Shown here: positions 23,086 through 36,789 of the stretch, piece by piece
How the letters are laid out: every line of letters begins with the position of its first letter
Numbering within the stretch: the first letter of the stretch is position 1
Origin: Anthoceros angustus
Taxonomy: Eukaryota > Plantae > Anthocerotophyta
Direction of reading: 5' to 3'
DNA: 64,000 nt
NCBI GenBank assembly: GCA_010909165.1
Contig: VJWM01000068.1
Coordinates: 558,001-622,000 of the forward strand
Translations under genes and position numbers: made by a program
The notes under the pieces: generated by a model
Told to the model about the DNA's origin: nothing
Seen by the model: the letters and a program-made list of their open reading frames with translations, nothing else
Databases searched by the model: none

Positions 23086-23741
23086 AATCGTTCTTGTATG
23101 CCTACCAGCGTAAGAGAAGCAATGGTGGAGACCAGGAAAAATAACGAGGACCCAAACCCAGGATGTCTTTCTTTTACGCCTGCGCAGAGTAAAAGAAGCG
23201 ATGGCGGACACCATGGAAGAAGGGCCCAAACCAAAGCTTTTTTCTTTTACGCCTGGGCAGTTTTAAATAAGCAAAGGTCCAAATAGAAGAGGGCCAATTC
23301 TCCCCTACGCGGTATGCGGACTTTGTTTGAGTTGTTATTTTCACTATCTCTTCCCGAACCAGAGGTCCAGCCCTTGCCGATCGGACACGGCCCGGGTGCT
23401 TATGTTCATTTATCCCAGCATCCAATTGTCTATCCGGCTCTAGAGGTCCGTTCCTCTCGAGGGAAGACCAACTCTTGTTCCGAATTGCAACGTGGGCCAT
23501 GGCACGTACAAGATGTAGCTTTTAGTAACGGCTACAAGACTTCGAGTGAAAATGTTCATTCCCCTTCTTTTGAGTACCCAACCCAAAGGACAACTTGTTT
23601 TGGGCTTTTCACAAACTTTATTTTTATTTTTATTTAAATTTTAAAAATAAAATTATAAAAAAAACTTCTAGTAATGCATTACACAAAGCTTTGGCGCACT
23701 ATTAACTACTCCTCTTTGTTAAGGTGATGAGCCAGTCTTAT

Positions 23742-23948
23742 GGGTACAACTCTCTCATGTATGCTTGCTGGTACAGTACCCTCGAGAACTATCTTCATAG
23801 TCTATCTTGTGGGTACAACTCTCTCATGTATGCCTACTGGCACAGTATTCTCGAGAACTATCTTCATAGTCTATCTTGTGGGTACAACTCTCTCATGTAT
23901 GCCTACTGGCACAGTATTCTCGAGAACTATCTTCATAGTCTATCTTAT
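23742..23948. repeat. 69-bp tandem repeat, 3 copies
   Basis: GGGTACAACTCTCTCATGTATGC..CTATCTTGT starts at 23742, 23811 and 23880. Confidence 0.95.
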
Positions 23949-26351
23949 GAATGACAAGCTTGTCACAGCAAACTCTTGGCATATGCCACAAGAGGATAGA
24001 CGTGGTAGGGTGGATGCCCTTGAGAACTTGCTAACGCACAGACCTATTGAATGCCACAAGTGCCTATGCGAGAGTGTTGAGGACAAGTATCTTGCAATGT
24101 CTAGGCTTGCGCATACAACCGGACCTTACATGCATAGCGACTTCATGTAGGGTTGGTTAGGATACAACTCAAGAGAAGTCTTTCAGAGACGCTGACAAGA
24201 TTGTGGTATTGGAGCTTAAAAGCTTTGTCATGAGCAAAGAGGCTTGGCCTCTTCCATTGGTGAATGTCCTTCAGAAGATAGCTGAGGCTATTATATGTAG
24301 TGGGAGCCTACTGTTAAAGTTGGCACTGCTGGAATTCTAGGTGCCTATAGGCTATAGGTACCGTTCCTACAAGAGCCACTTGCTTTGAAATAGAAAGCCC
24401 TAATATATCCACTCAAATCCTGTTTCACACTGTCTAACCTCCTTCCCACACATTAGCACCCACCGGCTGGCGCATGGATCATCAACTTGGATATGGATTC
24501 CCCGCCCATGCACATCACGAACTGATTCACCAAATCCTTGTATTGTCATGCCGTGTGACACTAATCTCTGCACTTGGTTTTAGTGTTTGATTAGCATTAA
24601 TCTAATTACTTATCTTTAAGTAATTAGTATTAATTAAACATGGTTAGCAATAGCTAAGTGGATAAGCACAAGTAATATGCCCCTTTCAAAGAGGACAAGC
24701 TTAGATCATAGAGGACAAGCTTAGATCATAGGTTGTCCTCTTCTTCAAAATCTTGGCCAAAAGGTACACCAAACAATACCACTCTCAGAACTTTGCAGAT
24801 CGCCCACTATTTCGAAGATCCACCCAACTAGGCATGAAGTTCTCCATGATTTCCAAGCCTCGTCTCATGAAAATGGGAGGTCAACCTTGCAAGCCTCCAC
24901 CTCTATGCACACTTGATGCAGCCACAGATGCATTATTAAGAAGATCTTCCCAGCATTTATGACACTTTTGAGTCCAGTGTAGTGATTGCCTTGCCCAAGA
25001 TACTTAGATTAAGCCTCCTTCTATCACAACACTTTATTGGACACCACTCATTGTGCTTATCGCAATAGGATGAGAACATAGTAACCTCTCCTACTACAGG
25101 GCCTTTGCAAGAGTTGAGGATCGTAGGAGGGCCAGAACGAATCCATGGTCATCCTTAGCAAGGCACATGTACTTCCCTCAAAGTACTTATACTAATCTTA
25201 CCATAGACGTATTATCATAAGCCACAAGGTTAGATCACTAGCAACTAGATCTTGAGTCACACATCAGATTCTTTCCTTATGTAAAACCTTATCTTCCTTG
25301 AAATAGTTTTTAGGTCAGATGCCTCCTACTTATGGCCTGGGAGCACCAGCCACACCCAATTAGCTATCAGTCATGCGACATTAGCAATAATACCTCTTCA
25401 ATTGATCAAGACCAGTTTATTGTTTCCACTACTAATTCATAATCAGATCCATTAGCATGCCTTTTCTTATCCAGCCATGGCCCTTCCCATCGTGGCTTCA
25501 GTTTTTCACCCAACTCCGTTTTTTACTTTTCGAGTACCTACGGACACTTAACCTAAGATACCAAGCTCTGGTTAAGGTGTGGGCAAGATGTTGTGCCGGG
25601 AAGAGATCATTCATTTTGAGAGTACAAGTATAGAGCCTAAATTTGGATCTTGATATTTATCGAACGAGTATCAGGAGCATGTTTGAGTCCTGGCATCTAC
25701 AACCGGAGCTATGATTGTTTTCGTGAGTGAAACATAGTTAAAGGATTGTTCTAGATGTGTGCATAATGTGTACATGTGTAGAGGAATTCTCTTGTCATAC
25801 CTCATCATGGGAACTAGGGCGGCATTAACACCGTGTCATTGGGGAGATATTTGAGACAAGATTGATGGGACTCTATTTAGAGCTAAGCCAGCATTAAGGG
25901 AAGTGCGTATCTTTCAAGGTGGACTAAGGCCTTAGAAAATATGCCTCTTGAGGACTTTGAAGTAGCATCTTGATTTTTGTGCCGCTCTGAGCAATAAGAG
26001 AGGTTAGACAAGATGAAAAAAATAAGACTCTAAAGGAGCCTGGCTCCTGGGCTCACTCCTTAGTTACCATGTGTCTTGTATCCTACAGTCTCATTTTGTA
26101 GTGCTCACTGACCAAGTTCTATTCTGATGATTGATGGGCATCTACTGTTGTACCAGATTGTCCTAGCAAACTGATGATAGCTAAAGTTTTCTCTTTTTGA
26201 TGTGTGATGACAGCTAAAGTTTTCTCTTTTTGATGTGTGATCACCACTGTGCACCTTCATGTCGTGTGGATGCTGTCACAACAGCATGATTACTTTCTAA
26301 TTGCAGCACTCCTACGACACTATTGTATGTCAATCATGCTCTTTTTGGTAT

Positions 26352-26874
26352 TGACATTGTAGCGCGGCAAGTGTAGCATATATAAGTGTGATATCTATTT
26401 GTGGATGTGGTGAAATACAAACAACCTGTGCAATTGCAATATTTGCACCACACAGCCTGTAGAATAGCTGTCTTTGCACCAAGCTCCTTGTCGTGCAATA
26501 CCTATCTTTCCATTAGGCTTCCCATCGTGCAATACCTTGTCTTTGCACAAGGCTCCCGTCGTGCTATACCTGTCTATACATGAGGCTCCCCACATGAGGA
26601 AGCTAAAGAGGGAATATACAAAAAGCCTCCCCATCTCTCTTTCTCATATACTTATTCACCAGTCTACATGATAAATGATCCTATTAAACAACCCATTATC
26701 ATCTTGGCTCAAACACTCAATAGCCCTTTGTATTTATCTAGACTTAACAGCCTAAACTAGCTTACACATGCAAGCAAGCCCAAACTAGCAAACTCCAAGC
26801 ATGCACTATATTTCTACTTAACAATTTTATATTCAATATGGCTGTAAACTTCAATCAAAACCTCCTCAATGTCA
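26352..26874. mobile_element. Possible degenerate solo-LTR-like segment
   Basis: 8-bp inverted termini TGACATTG..CAATGTCA, internal ~33-bp degenerate repeats (GTGCAATACC..CTTTGCAC..GGCTCC), and a TATA-like/CT-rich stretch. No TSD found. Confidence 0.3.
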
Positions 26875-27448
26875 TCGGGTCACAAATGAGTCCTCCGCCT
26901 CGTATAGTCTAGGTTACTAGGTAGTAGGTAGCGGAGAGACTGCCGAGAAACGTCTCCGTCATCCAATTCTATTCATGATACATTTCATCAAACATTTATT
27001 TCTTAAAAACTTTGAAACTTATGGACAGCGATGAGATCAAACTTGCAAGACGAGGTCCTTGCTGAACAAATTTGAAGAGTCCGGGAGGTCACCAGAGACG
27101 GTAAAGCAGCCACGACCTTCGTCTGGCTTCAACCCAATGCATCCAAAAGGGATGCAAAAATTTTATGCTTGCAGACAAGACCTGCAGTGTGGACAGGGTT
27201 GTTTGCAACCTGCTCCATCTTTGCAGCGCCTGCTGACTACAGACTGTGAGCCACATGCTGCTTTGGAACGGGACGAGTTGCCACCGGATGTTATCTGCAC
27301 TGCACCAGTAAGAGGTTTGCTCGATCATACCTCAACACTGTGGGGCCGTCGAACATGTTTTCTGGTAGCCCAAAGTCCTCATCATTGGGCATAGCATGGC
27401 TCCTGGCCCAAGATCTCCCCTGCCTTCCTGAAAAGCCCTGATAAAAGA

Positions 27449-29773
27449 CTAGAAGTCCGCCTGCGACGATGACTCTTCCTCCACGTTGGGCCGCATGAAG
27501 GTTCGCCTCCACCAAACTTCAAAAGCCTTTTGCAGGTTGGGGCAGTCGTCACCGTTGCTTGAAAACCGATCGAACCAGGCCATCAGGATGTTCTGCTGCT
27601 GCTTCAACGGCAGTGTCAAAATGGTCTGGCTGATACCCTCTTCCACGACCTTTTTGTCCAGACCCTTACACCCCCGTTGCATCCACCCAAAGTCGTCAAC
27701 CAGCGGTTGCAACCAAGTCTGCAGGAGACAAAACCGCACTTCCTTCGGGCACAGCACTTGCCCTTTCCCGATAGCCACGCAAAGGCGGGCAGTGAGGCGA
27801 CTCACTTCGTACCGGAACATGGTGGGAATCTGCGTGTGCAGAGTGGCCAGCTCCGACTGGTGCGCCCACATTTTAATAAAATCATCCGCAATCCGCCTGT
27901 CAATCAGGATGTCCACAAGCCAGTGCAGGTTATCCGCCTGCCGCCCTATCTGCGACACCATAGTCCCCCTATCCCCCCCATTCTTGCTCACGAAGTCCGG
28001 GCTGGTGGCCTGCATGAAGAGATGCAGCAGCGAGTCGAGGCAGCCGTGGCACGCCCGGTACAGGCTCTCCTTGCTCACGTCCGCCGGCTCCTTCTGCTGG
28101 TTGGAATTCTCCCGCAGCATCCTGGCCACCAGCGCCTTCATCTCCCTCCTCGCCTTCTCATCCGTACTATTCGTCACCGACTGCAGCAGCTTCACCAGCA
28201 CATCCTCGTTGTCGCTCCCCGCATCCGCGGAGTAGCACCTCTTCAAAACCTCAGCCGCCCCCACCCTGTCCAGCTGCAGCTGCGACAGCAGCGTCGTCAC
28301 CTTCTCCTCCTCCTCCTCTTGCCACGGCACCGCCTCCAGATACTCCAGGCACGATATCACCCCGGCCTCGAACACTATCGCTGCCGACACCTGCAACATC
28401 CATTCCGAGTTCCATCCCAGCCCCGGAAAAAAAACAACCTCTGTCAGCCTCCATCTCCACCCGCTTCAGCACCCCTAACCCTCCAGCGTCTCAATAGGAT
28501 CGAAAAGGCGACTCAAACACGATTCAAACAACACACACCTTGAGGATGCCGAGGACGCGGGGGACGTTCTCCTTCATGAGCCGGCGCTTGACGTCCTGGC
28601 AGTACATGAGGCGGAGCGTCTCGAGGTAGAGCTCCACATCCTCGCAGTCGGAAATCTCGACGAGGTGCGGGAGGGAGCGCTGCTGCTTGGACCAGCGGTC
28701 GGAGAGCTTGGCCGCGAAGAACCTGCTGTGCGTGACGAGGATATGGCGGTGCACGTTCACCGAGACGCTGTACCCCTCCTTGCTGCTGAGGGTGAGCTTC
28801 ACGTCGCTGGAGTCGGCGTCGTTGAACTGGCTCCCGGGGCTGCCGCCTGCGAGCAGGAGGCCATCTTGTCCTGGAAGGAAGTCTGGCGGGCGCCGTGCGC
28901 CGCCATGACCATGGCGGCGCCGCCGGTAGCGCCGGCTGCGCTGCCGAGCTGCAATGCGGGGACCGGCGCAGCCATGGCAGCCGGCGGCGCCGCCACTTGC
29001 TGCGGAGGCGGTGGAGGCCGCCGGCTTCGGCTGCAGCTCGTGCTCGTGGGACATCATCTCGAAGAGCGTGGGGAGGACTTGATCTTGTCCACGGGCGGGG
29101 AGGAGGAGACGGTGCTGCCCGCCCGGGCGGAATACCCCGGCGGCATGGCCTGCTCCACCAGCGGCGACACCTTCCCCGGGGACAGTGACAGGCGGCGGAA
29201 GGGCGAGCCAGACGATCCCTGCTGTTGCTCCCCGGACTTGCCCTTGCTGCTCTTGAGCGGGACGATGGCCAGCTCTCCGCTCTTCTTGTTGTACGTGACC
29301 TGCAGCTCGCCGGATTTCTTGTTGTACGCCACCAGCTCGCCGGACTTCTTGTACGTGGCCACCACGAGCTCGCCGGAGTAGGAGCGGGATCGCATGCGCC
29401 GGTGGCCTGGGCCCTGCGTATGCTGCTGCTGCTGCTGTTGCTGCTCCTTCTCCTTGTGCTGCTCTTTCTGCTGTAGCCCGGGCGGGGAGGAGGCGGAGAG
29501 CGGGCGGGAGATGCAACACCAGGAGGGCTCTGCCTCCACCACCTCCTTGCGGAGCGTGATGCGGCCGCTGCCGCTGCCGCTGCTGCTGCCGCCGCGGTGC
29601 AGCAGGGAGGTGGAGCTGGAGTCCTTGCCGCTGCCGTAGACCCCGGCGGCGGGGGCGGTCTTAGGGGCGGCGTGGTCGTCGTCGACGCCGACGCGCCAGG
29701 CAGGGGTGGGGCGGGCGGTGTAGGGCGGGGAGGAGGGCGCTGCGGCTGCAGGCGCGGGAGGCTCCACTGCCAT
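27449..29773 (-). CDS. Plant BTB/POZ-domain protein (At1g63850/At3g50780-type family); apparent indel frameshifts in exon 1
   Basis: Exon 1 29773-28539: [68 protein letters not shown]. Intron 28538-28391. Exon 2 28390-27449: [62 protein letters not shown]. Confidence 0.92.
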
Positions 29774-32700
29774 GAGCGGATGTGGCCTGGCCCTGGCCTA
29801 GTTCTGCAATCCGAGGTAGGGCTGCAGGAAGCAGCTGGATGAGGAGGAGGAGCAGGGCAGCCTTCCCCTTCACGCTCTGCCAGCCCTGCCTCGCCTTCTC
29901 CTCCGTTGCAGCTGCAGGTGCGGCTGCGTCCCCCTGGCCTCCATGCCCCCGCCGGCTCCACCTCCATTCATGGCCGGGTGGCTGGATGGGAGCCTGCACG
30001 GGCGGGAATAACCACCTCCCGGTGCCGATTGCCCCGTCTCTCTCTCTCCCCGGGCCGGGAGTGGTGGAGTGGAGTGGAGTGGAGACCGGAATGGACACCG
30101 CAGTGGCTCTTGCCTCGAGTCCTCTTGTCTCTCTTCCTGTCTGTCTTTCCGTCTTCTTCTCCCCTCTTGGACTAGGATCTCTCTTCCTCTTCCTTCCTCT
30201 CGGAAGACTCTCCTCTTCGCCTTCTCTTCCACACCTCTCTTGGACTCCAAAGTCTGCCCCACCACGAGCTTTATGTAGATAGCAGAAGTTGCCCTCCTTT
30301 CCCTTTTCCGTGCCAACAGGGAGCGCCTGCCGCCATTGCCAGGCCCATCTGGACTTCTGGAGCGCTTCCCGGCTCTGCTCTGTTTCTGGGAGAGAGAGTC
30401 TGCTGCGGCACTGTGGAGTGGCGAGCACTGCTACAGGCGTGCTTGATGTACCCCTTTTTATTCCTGGCCTCTGGGCACTGGGGTGCCCGAGAAGAGGGGG
30501 CAGCAGGCGGGCTGGGCCCTCCACATGGCCTCACCCTCCAGCGCTGCACCATGATTAGAGAGTTGAGCACTCTTGGGCCTCGGTTTCTGAGCCTGTAAGC
30601 AAGCTCAGCCATGGGGCATGGGACTCCATGACCCATCGCCCGACCTTCCCTTTTCCAAGGGCTATGATAAACAGCGACATCCATTCCATTCCATTCCACA
30701 CCTGACACCGCCATTGCCTGCGCCTGCAATTCATTACCTTTTCCATCACCACAGCTTTTCCCCTCCTTTTCTCTCTCACACCCATACTGTAGCAGGCTGT
30801 AAATACTGTATCCCACACTGTTGAGATGCAGCTGACAGTGGCAGACGGGCTCCTGTCGTTTCGGAGAATGGGACAAGCGCAGAGCTAGAGCAAGAACCCC
30901 GGGTAGAATAGAATCCATGCCGCAGGCGCAGGGCACAGGGCGCAGGCCTGCGCATTTTTATTATTACCCGCATTCCGAGTCCCGAGTCCCCATTAGGATT
31001 GCTCTGGCCGTAGCTCTCGCAGTCTCTCGTGATGCCCGCCTAACAGGTCATCAACTGCCATTAATACCGCCTGAATCCCTGAATCCAGCATCGGCCGTGA
31101 ATCGTGATAGCAGCCAGGCAGCTGCCGCTCCGGCTGCACCTCTCACTGCGAGACACACACAGTCATCACATCCACATCTTTGAAGTGTGCACTGGTCCAT
31201 CTGTCGCCGGCCCCGGGGCACGGGCTCCGGACAGCCCACAACCCTGATTGGACCTGGTAACTGCCGCCATCTCTATCCCCGACTCCGCACTCCATTACAG
31301 TCCCGGAACTGCGCGCCCATTTCTTTCTTTCGATTTCTCCTCCCGGAAATGAGGAAATGCGAACCATACGTGCGGATCACCAGAACCCACAACCCACCTC
31401 CCCAAGCTTCCCACCGGAGTCCGGACTCCACACATGGTCAGTTTGTCCATGATCCCAGGACAGCAGGGCCCACTGAGCCCGGGCACGCTACCTCCTCCGG
31501 GGCCCTGCCTCTGGCCCGGCCCTCGCAACCGCCTGCCTGCTGAAATGCGGGTGGGGTGCACCAGGACCAAGACCAGGACGGGCAGCACCAACGCACCATG
31601 TCCGGAACCATCATGGACGGGACTGTAAAGTGTACATGCAATGCCATTGCCGTGGCTCTCACCCGAATCTGCTGTCTTTTGTGTGACGCTGCCCTTGCCC
31701 TTGCCCTAGCCCCTCATCACTGTTGCTCCTGCACTGCTCAAGTGACACTTCAGGGCCTCCTGCATCAGGACATCGTTGGGGATGCAGCACAGAACACCTG
31801 TATCCTTCTCCTTATCATCACCAATGAGGATGATTAATCAGCATGTCCTGGTGGCATAAGACAGTTGCAGTTTCGCACCACAACAAACGGCTCCCACCAA
31901 CTGGATACATATCTACCAATACCACCACTCTGTGGCCTCCATTCCATAACTTTGCATCGCATTTTATGTTGCCATTGCACCTGCTTTCAAGGCCCAGTGG
32001 CTCCCCATATGTGACAGTGCTAGGACCGTACGAACCTGTGGCATACCTGCCACAGTCCTCAGTCCATCAAACTGCTCCTTTACTCTGCGACCCGTTTACA
32101 TATCATAATCCCGATTTGCTGTAACCGATATACCAATGAATGCAGCCTTCGTACAGTACCTCTGACATTCAGCTTGCTGGAGACCGTAAACAACTCCCAA
32201 GGGCTGTCCTGTGCAAGAGTGCGATTCCTGCCACTTCTCTCACATGCAGTATCAAGAGAAAGGCCTGTAGAAAACTCATACCCTAGATACATGGGTGCAG
32301 GACTCCAGGCTCCTTCTGGCGTGCCCGTACCGGCGCTGTGGAGATGAATATGCCAGCAGTAAATACTTTGGCTTTCGTCACATGAAAGATCTCCTGCATC
32401 AGGAGGTGCATTATTGCTTCATCCAGCTTAATCCCAGGTGTTCATGCTCCAGCCTGCATTGCATCAACTCAAACTCGCTCTTCCCGTTAGGAATCTTTGG
32501 AGCTAATACGTCAGCCCGGGCCACCGTGATGACCACAAGAAAACGCAGGGATTTGCCGTAGATACGACTACTACTGTTCACAAGATAGGGCAAGGGAATG
32601 TCTGGCGAGAAGCCTAATCATGCGGGACCGCGCATCATGCTGACAAAACTCTTTCTCAAATCCGCTAACAGTTTTGTAGCATATCCTCTAGAGTCTAGGT

Positions 32701-33778
32701 AGACTACCCGGTTTTGGCACCATATGCTATTATGGTACTCATTTGGTCCATGGAAGCTATGTCCCAAGCAAGCAAAGACTGAGGAACAGGTTTGCGCTTT
32801 CCTTCCAACTGCCGGTGAGACTTGCACCAGGTCTGGTCTGTTTGTTGTTGCTCTTGCGCTTCCTATGATTTGATTTGCCATCTGCACTAGATAAAAGGAC
32901 GGAGGGAAAGGAAAATGCATGTACGTCTGGGCAGGTACAGTCTACAGACGACATGAAGCGAAGGTGGAGCATGCGCTGCTTGTTGTCGGCATGTAAATCC
33001 GCATTAGCAGTCTGGCAGACAGGCTGGCACTCGAGCACCTGGCCTCACCACAGTGGATGCCCTTAAGGACCTGCTGCCCTTCCCACTGCCAGCACAAACA
33101 CCTTTGGAAGAGGCCGGCATGCATGATGCATAATCGGGCATCGGGCACGAGGCGGAGCCAGTTTTGGATAAAGCGAGACATCAGTCCGCTTCCCGACCGT
33201 CCAGAATCCGACACTAGTCTGGAGGTTTGTGCTTTTGCTTGTTGCTGCCTCGAAGAAAAGAAGAAAATGTAGTGCAGTCCCTGGAGGGTTGGTACACACG
33301 TAAGACGTAACGCAATGCCATACACATGCTACCGTGCTATGATGTGGGCTGGGTTCTGGAAGATGTGAGCATCTCAAGAAGATGGCTCCTTGGGGGCGGT
33401 GAAGCCATCACAAGTTTCCTGCAGGAGGCACGACTGGCTGATTACCCTGTACAGTCTTCAACGCATGGCCTGGGACAAGGCACAGCTGTGCAGCCCTCGG
33501 CAGGCCTTCTGCCAACGGGAACTGGGAGGCATACAACAAACCAAGGGCCAGGGAATCCTGTACAACGGCTACTGTGTGCTTACGGAAGTAGGCATTCATA
33601 TTCACAGTGCGACGATAACTGTCAGCAACAGGAGCTTCAGTGGTGTGTTATCACCTTCGCAGGACACGCATGCTGTTCACGATCTAGTAGAGGCAGGAAA
33701 TTACATCGCGTACTAGAAGGTTGGTCAAGCTGGGCTACCCTATTGAAGGCGGGAGTGTATTATGGTGCCTGCCGGATC

Positions 33779-36023
33779 TCAGACTTTGCCATCTTCAGGT
33801 GCTTTGGCACCAGGGGTTCCTTCTTTCAACATCTCGACAATCACCGTCTTGAGATCCCTGCAAGACCACTGTTTTTCAGCAAATATTCTTTCTGGGGGAG
33901 TCCCCTGGGCTTGTTGGTCCTGTCCCAGCTAGGCACAGATGTTAAACCGGAAAGGTACTGGAAGTGAAAGACTCACTTGCGGTCGACTGCTGGCCTGGGA
34001 AACGGCACTCGTAACTTGTGCCGTCCTCCCTTTCTCGAAACCTGTAATTTGGATCACATGCACATGCAGCAAGGTGCGGTTTACAAAGTGTACGAGGAGA
34101 AAGTTCCAACAGCGATGAACATGCAAGGGGAAGGAATACAGAATGCGTGTGTGTACCTCCACGGTTAGACCGAGTCTGTCAAGAGAGAGGATCTTAGCAT
34201 GATCAACCTGCAGAAACAAGTCATCGCTTAGTTATACAGCAACCTTTCTCGCAGGGTCTTCCGAGAAGAGGTTCTGACACCGTACCTTGATTCCAACTGC
34301 AGTCTCCACTATGAGCTTGGTGTCGTCGGCATGATCTTTGTTCATGTGTCCCTGAGGAACAACACGTCATGACTTGACCAAATACGCGATCGACGAGAGC
34401 TATTGATACTCTTCAAAACGAAATCCACATACCGCTACAGGGGCACTAAATGCGGCTATTCGATCCAGAGTAGCAGCTTTGTAGTCCTCCCCAGAGTAGC
34501 CTGTAATATAGCAAATCAAATCGCACAACAAAGAGGTCACCAGATTAGTCTTCTTCACTGCAGAACAAGTGCCGGATGCAGATCGAACCACACAATTTTT
34601 CACGAAACCGATTTTCAAGACTGACAGGTTCAACGCTTACTTCCTACTGCTGCTGCGCCAGTAGCAATGCCAGTGACGTAACGAACCCCCTTCGGTTCAA
34701 GCCTCAACAGCCTGAAATCACCGAAGTCTACCTGGATGGAGACGACATGTTCAGACTCACTTCGGAGCAAAAGAATCAGAAAGCACAAACTGCCTTCGGG
34801 CTGAAGCTCAAGTTCATGCTCAATGAAGTTGAGCTTCATACCAACAATACAACATCACATGGTAATGCCACCATACCCAAAAAGCCTTAGGGAGTTTCTT
34901 GAGATAGGCGGCCCGAACTCCTGCTTCCTCCTCTGCAGACACCTGTTCCAGGTAGGTGTTTAGTACTCAATCCCACCAGAACAAACAGAGAAGACCCTTG
35001 CTGCGAATTCCAGTCCTTTCCAACTCACTTTGAGGGCGTCACCAATCAGAGTTATAGTCGTGTCACTTTTGTCAAGTGGATCTCGCGGAACAAGCAGCGA
35101 GCACCTTGGATTTGCTTCCAGATCCTACATAAAATGGATCGTCAGGCTCCAAACAGACAAGGATTTTGCAAGCAGAGGATCATTGCGACAAAAGCATAAA
35201 TCTTGCGAGTCATCAATACCCTAGTGTGCTGTGAAAGTGTGCTAATCGCCAGAATGGGTCGCCCTTCATCATCAGCTGCAAAATCAATCAGCGATCCAGT
35301 TGGATAACCTTCATATTTCTGCACCAGTGCAGAGATCAAAAAACTGAGCTTGCAAGACAAAGGGCTACGTAGAACAACACATAAGAAAACCATCACATCA
35401 CGGACCCCAACCTGCGAGTTGGTGGAAAGGATCCCGCTGACGCTGGTGCCAACAACCAGGCGAGCTTCCTCCAGATGGGGAAGCCGTGCAGCAGTTCTCT
35501 GTGCCCACATGGCCGGTAAGCGCAATTCCAGCGGCAATTAAAGACCCACACACCCACAATAACCCACTCTCCCGCAAGTCACCTGATGCTCTACAAGTCG
35601 CTCCCAGAACGCGAGCTCTTCCTCCTCCGTCTCCACCGCAGCAGCCTGCGCCGCAAAACCGAGACCGTAAACACCAAGCACCCAACAAATCCTCTCTCTC
35701 TCTCTCTCCCTCGCTTACGCGCACATGCATCCACATTCACCACGACAACCCAATTGCGCAGCAAAAGTGCGCACCTCAGACGACGCCCCTGCTACAGAAG
35801 CCATGGCCCTGACCCCGGGCTCGCGAGGGCTGTGGTTCCCGAACCCCAGCCCGGCCACCTGCGAAGCATGGAAATGCAGGGCCCGGTGCTGCGGAAGCCA
35901 ATGGGAGCTGGAGGAGGAGGTGGAAGCGGTGAGCTCGGACGCAACCCTACAGTGAAAGGACCGCGCGCACACCGATGCAGCCAGGGGCGAGAGCGGCCGG
36001 GACAACACGACTCGCAGAGACAT
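33779..36023 (-). CDS. HOZ: Plastid HugZ-like heme-binding protein (PNPOx-like split barrel + DUF2470), multi-exon
   Basis: S/R/A-rich transit peptide. Exons give AARLPHLEEAR..GILST, YEGYPTGSLIDFA..GRPILAISTL, DLEANPRCSLLV, AYLKKLPKAFW/VDFGDF, GHMNKDHADDTK, LSLDRLG, KLRVPFPRPAVDRK/DLKTVIVEML. Stop at 33779-33781. Confidence 0.88.
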
Positions 36024-36789
36024 GGCTGGCCACACGTCGTGGGAATGCGATTTCTTGATCCTCTTCCTTTGCAGATTGCACTCCTCGTGTTCCTTGGCCA
36101 GAATAGCACCTACCAGAAAATGGGCCAGAGTCCTAGTCCGAAGTCTTCCATTCCGTTGAGCTACCTTCAGTTCTAGAAAACTCCATCACCAGCTTCAACG
36201 AAAATCAACGCTTACCTAATGCACTGCATCAACGTGTCCTCAACTGGAAGCTGATTAGCAGGTCAATCAATCAAGACTACGGTAATATTCCAGGATTTGA
36301 ATTAGGTTGGTGGCTACAATGTTAGGTTTGGTAATGTCATGCGTTCAGGTGTAAGCGTTCCATAGGTGGAAATGCATCGGTCGGTATATGTGTCATAAAA
36401 GCGAGGTGATTATAAGTGGGACATATCTTGCAGCAGGGTTTTCGAAGCAGTTTTGCGGGAGCATCTTGGCGGCTTTCCTCGCACCGTGGTGCATGCATGT
36501 ATATAAGCTGATTGCGCTCAAGCGTGGGAGGAGCTGGTGCTGGGAGAGCTGGAATCGGGAAGCGTGCGGGTTTGAGACGTTTGGAGCAGGAGACGGGATT
36601 TCTGTAGGCTGTGACCCTAGTGTGGGCTCTGCGGAGGGAGATTGCGGAGCTGAGGGTGTGGAAGGCTAGATTTGCAGGAAGGGGGATCAGGGTTGGGGTT
36701 TCTGGACTTCGAGGACAGCCCGATTGGACGGGTGCGAGGGCCTAGGCGCTGCTAAGCAGGGTTTAAAAAAGTCCGTCAAGCTGGCGAAG

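Noticed and set aside
23742-23948. CRISPR-like array
   Set aside because: Contiguous identical units with no unique spacers, no cas genes, and a eukaryotic context.
24000-26300. LTR retrotransposon internal region with a PBS-like TGGTATC near 25560
   Set aside because: No readable gag, RT or integrase motifs and a non-canonical PBS; it looks like decayed repeat but cannot be classified.
27486-28543. Long plus-strand ORFs (249 and 288 aa)
   Set aside because: Antisense shadows of the GC-rich BTB coding exon.
30000-33700. Additional gene between the BTB and HOZ genes
   Set aside because: Short ORFs and a few splice-like sites, but no recognisable protein; partly CT-rich leader/promoter of the BTB gene.
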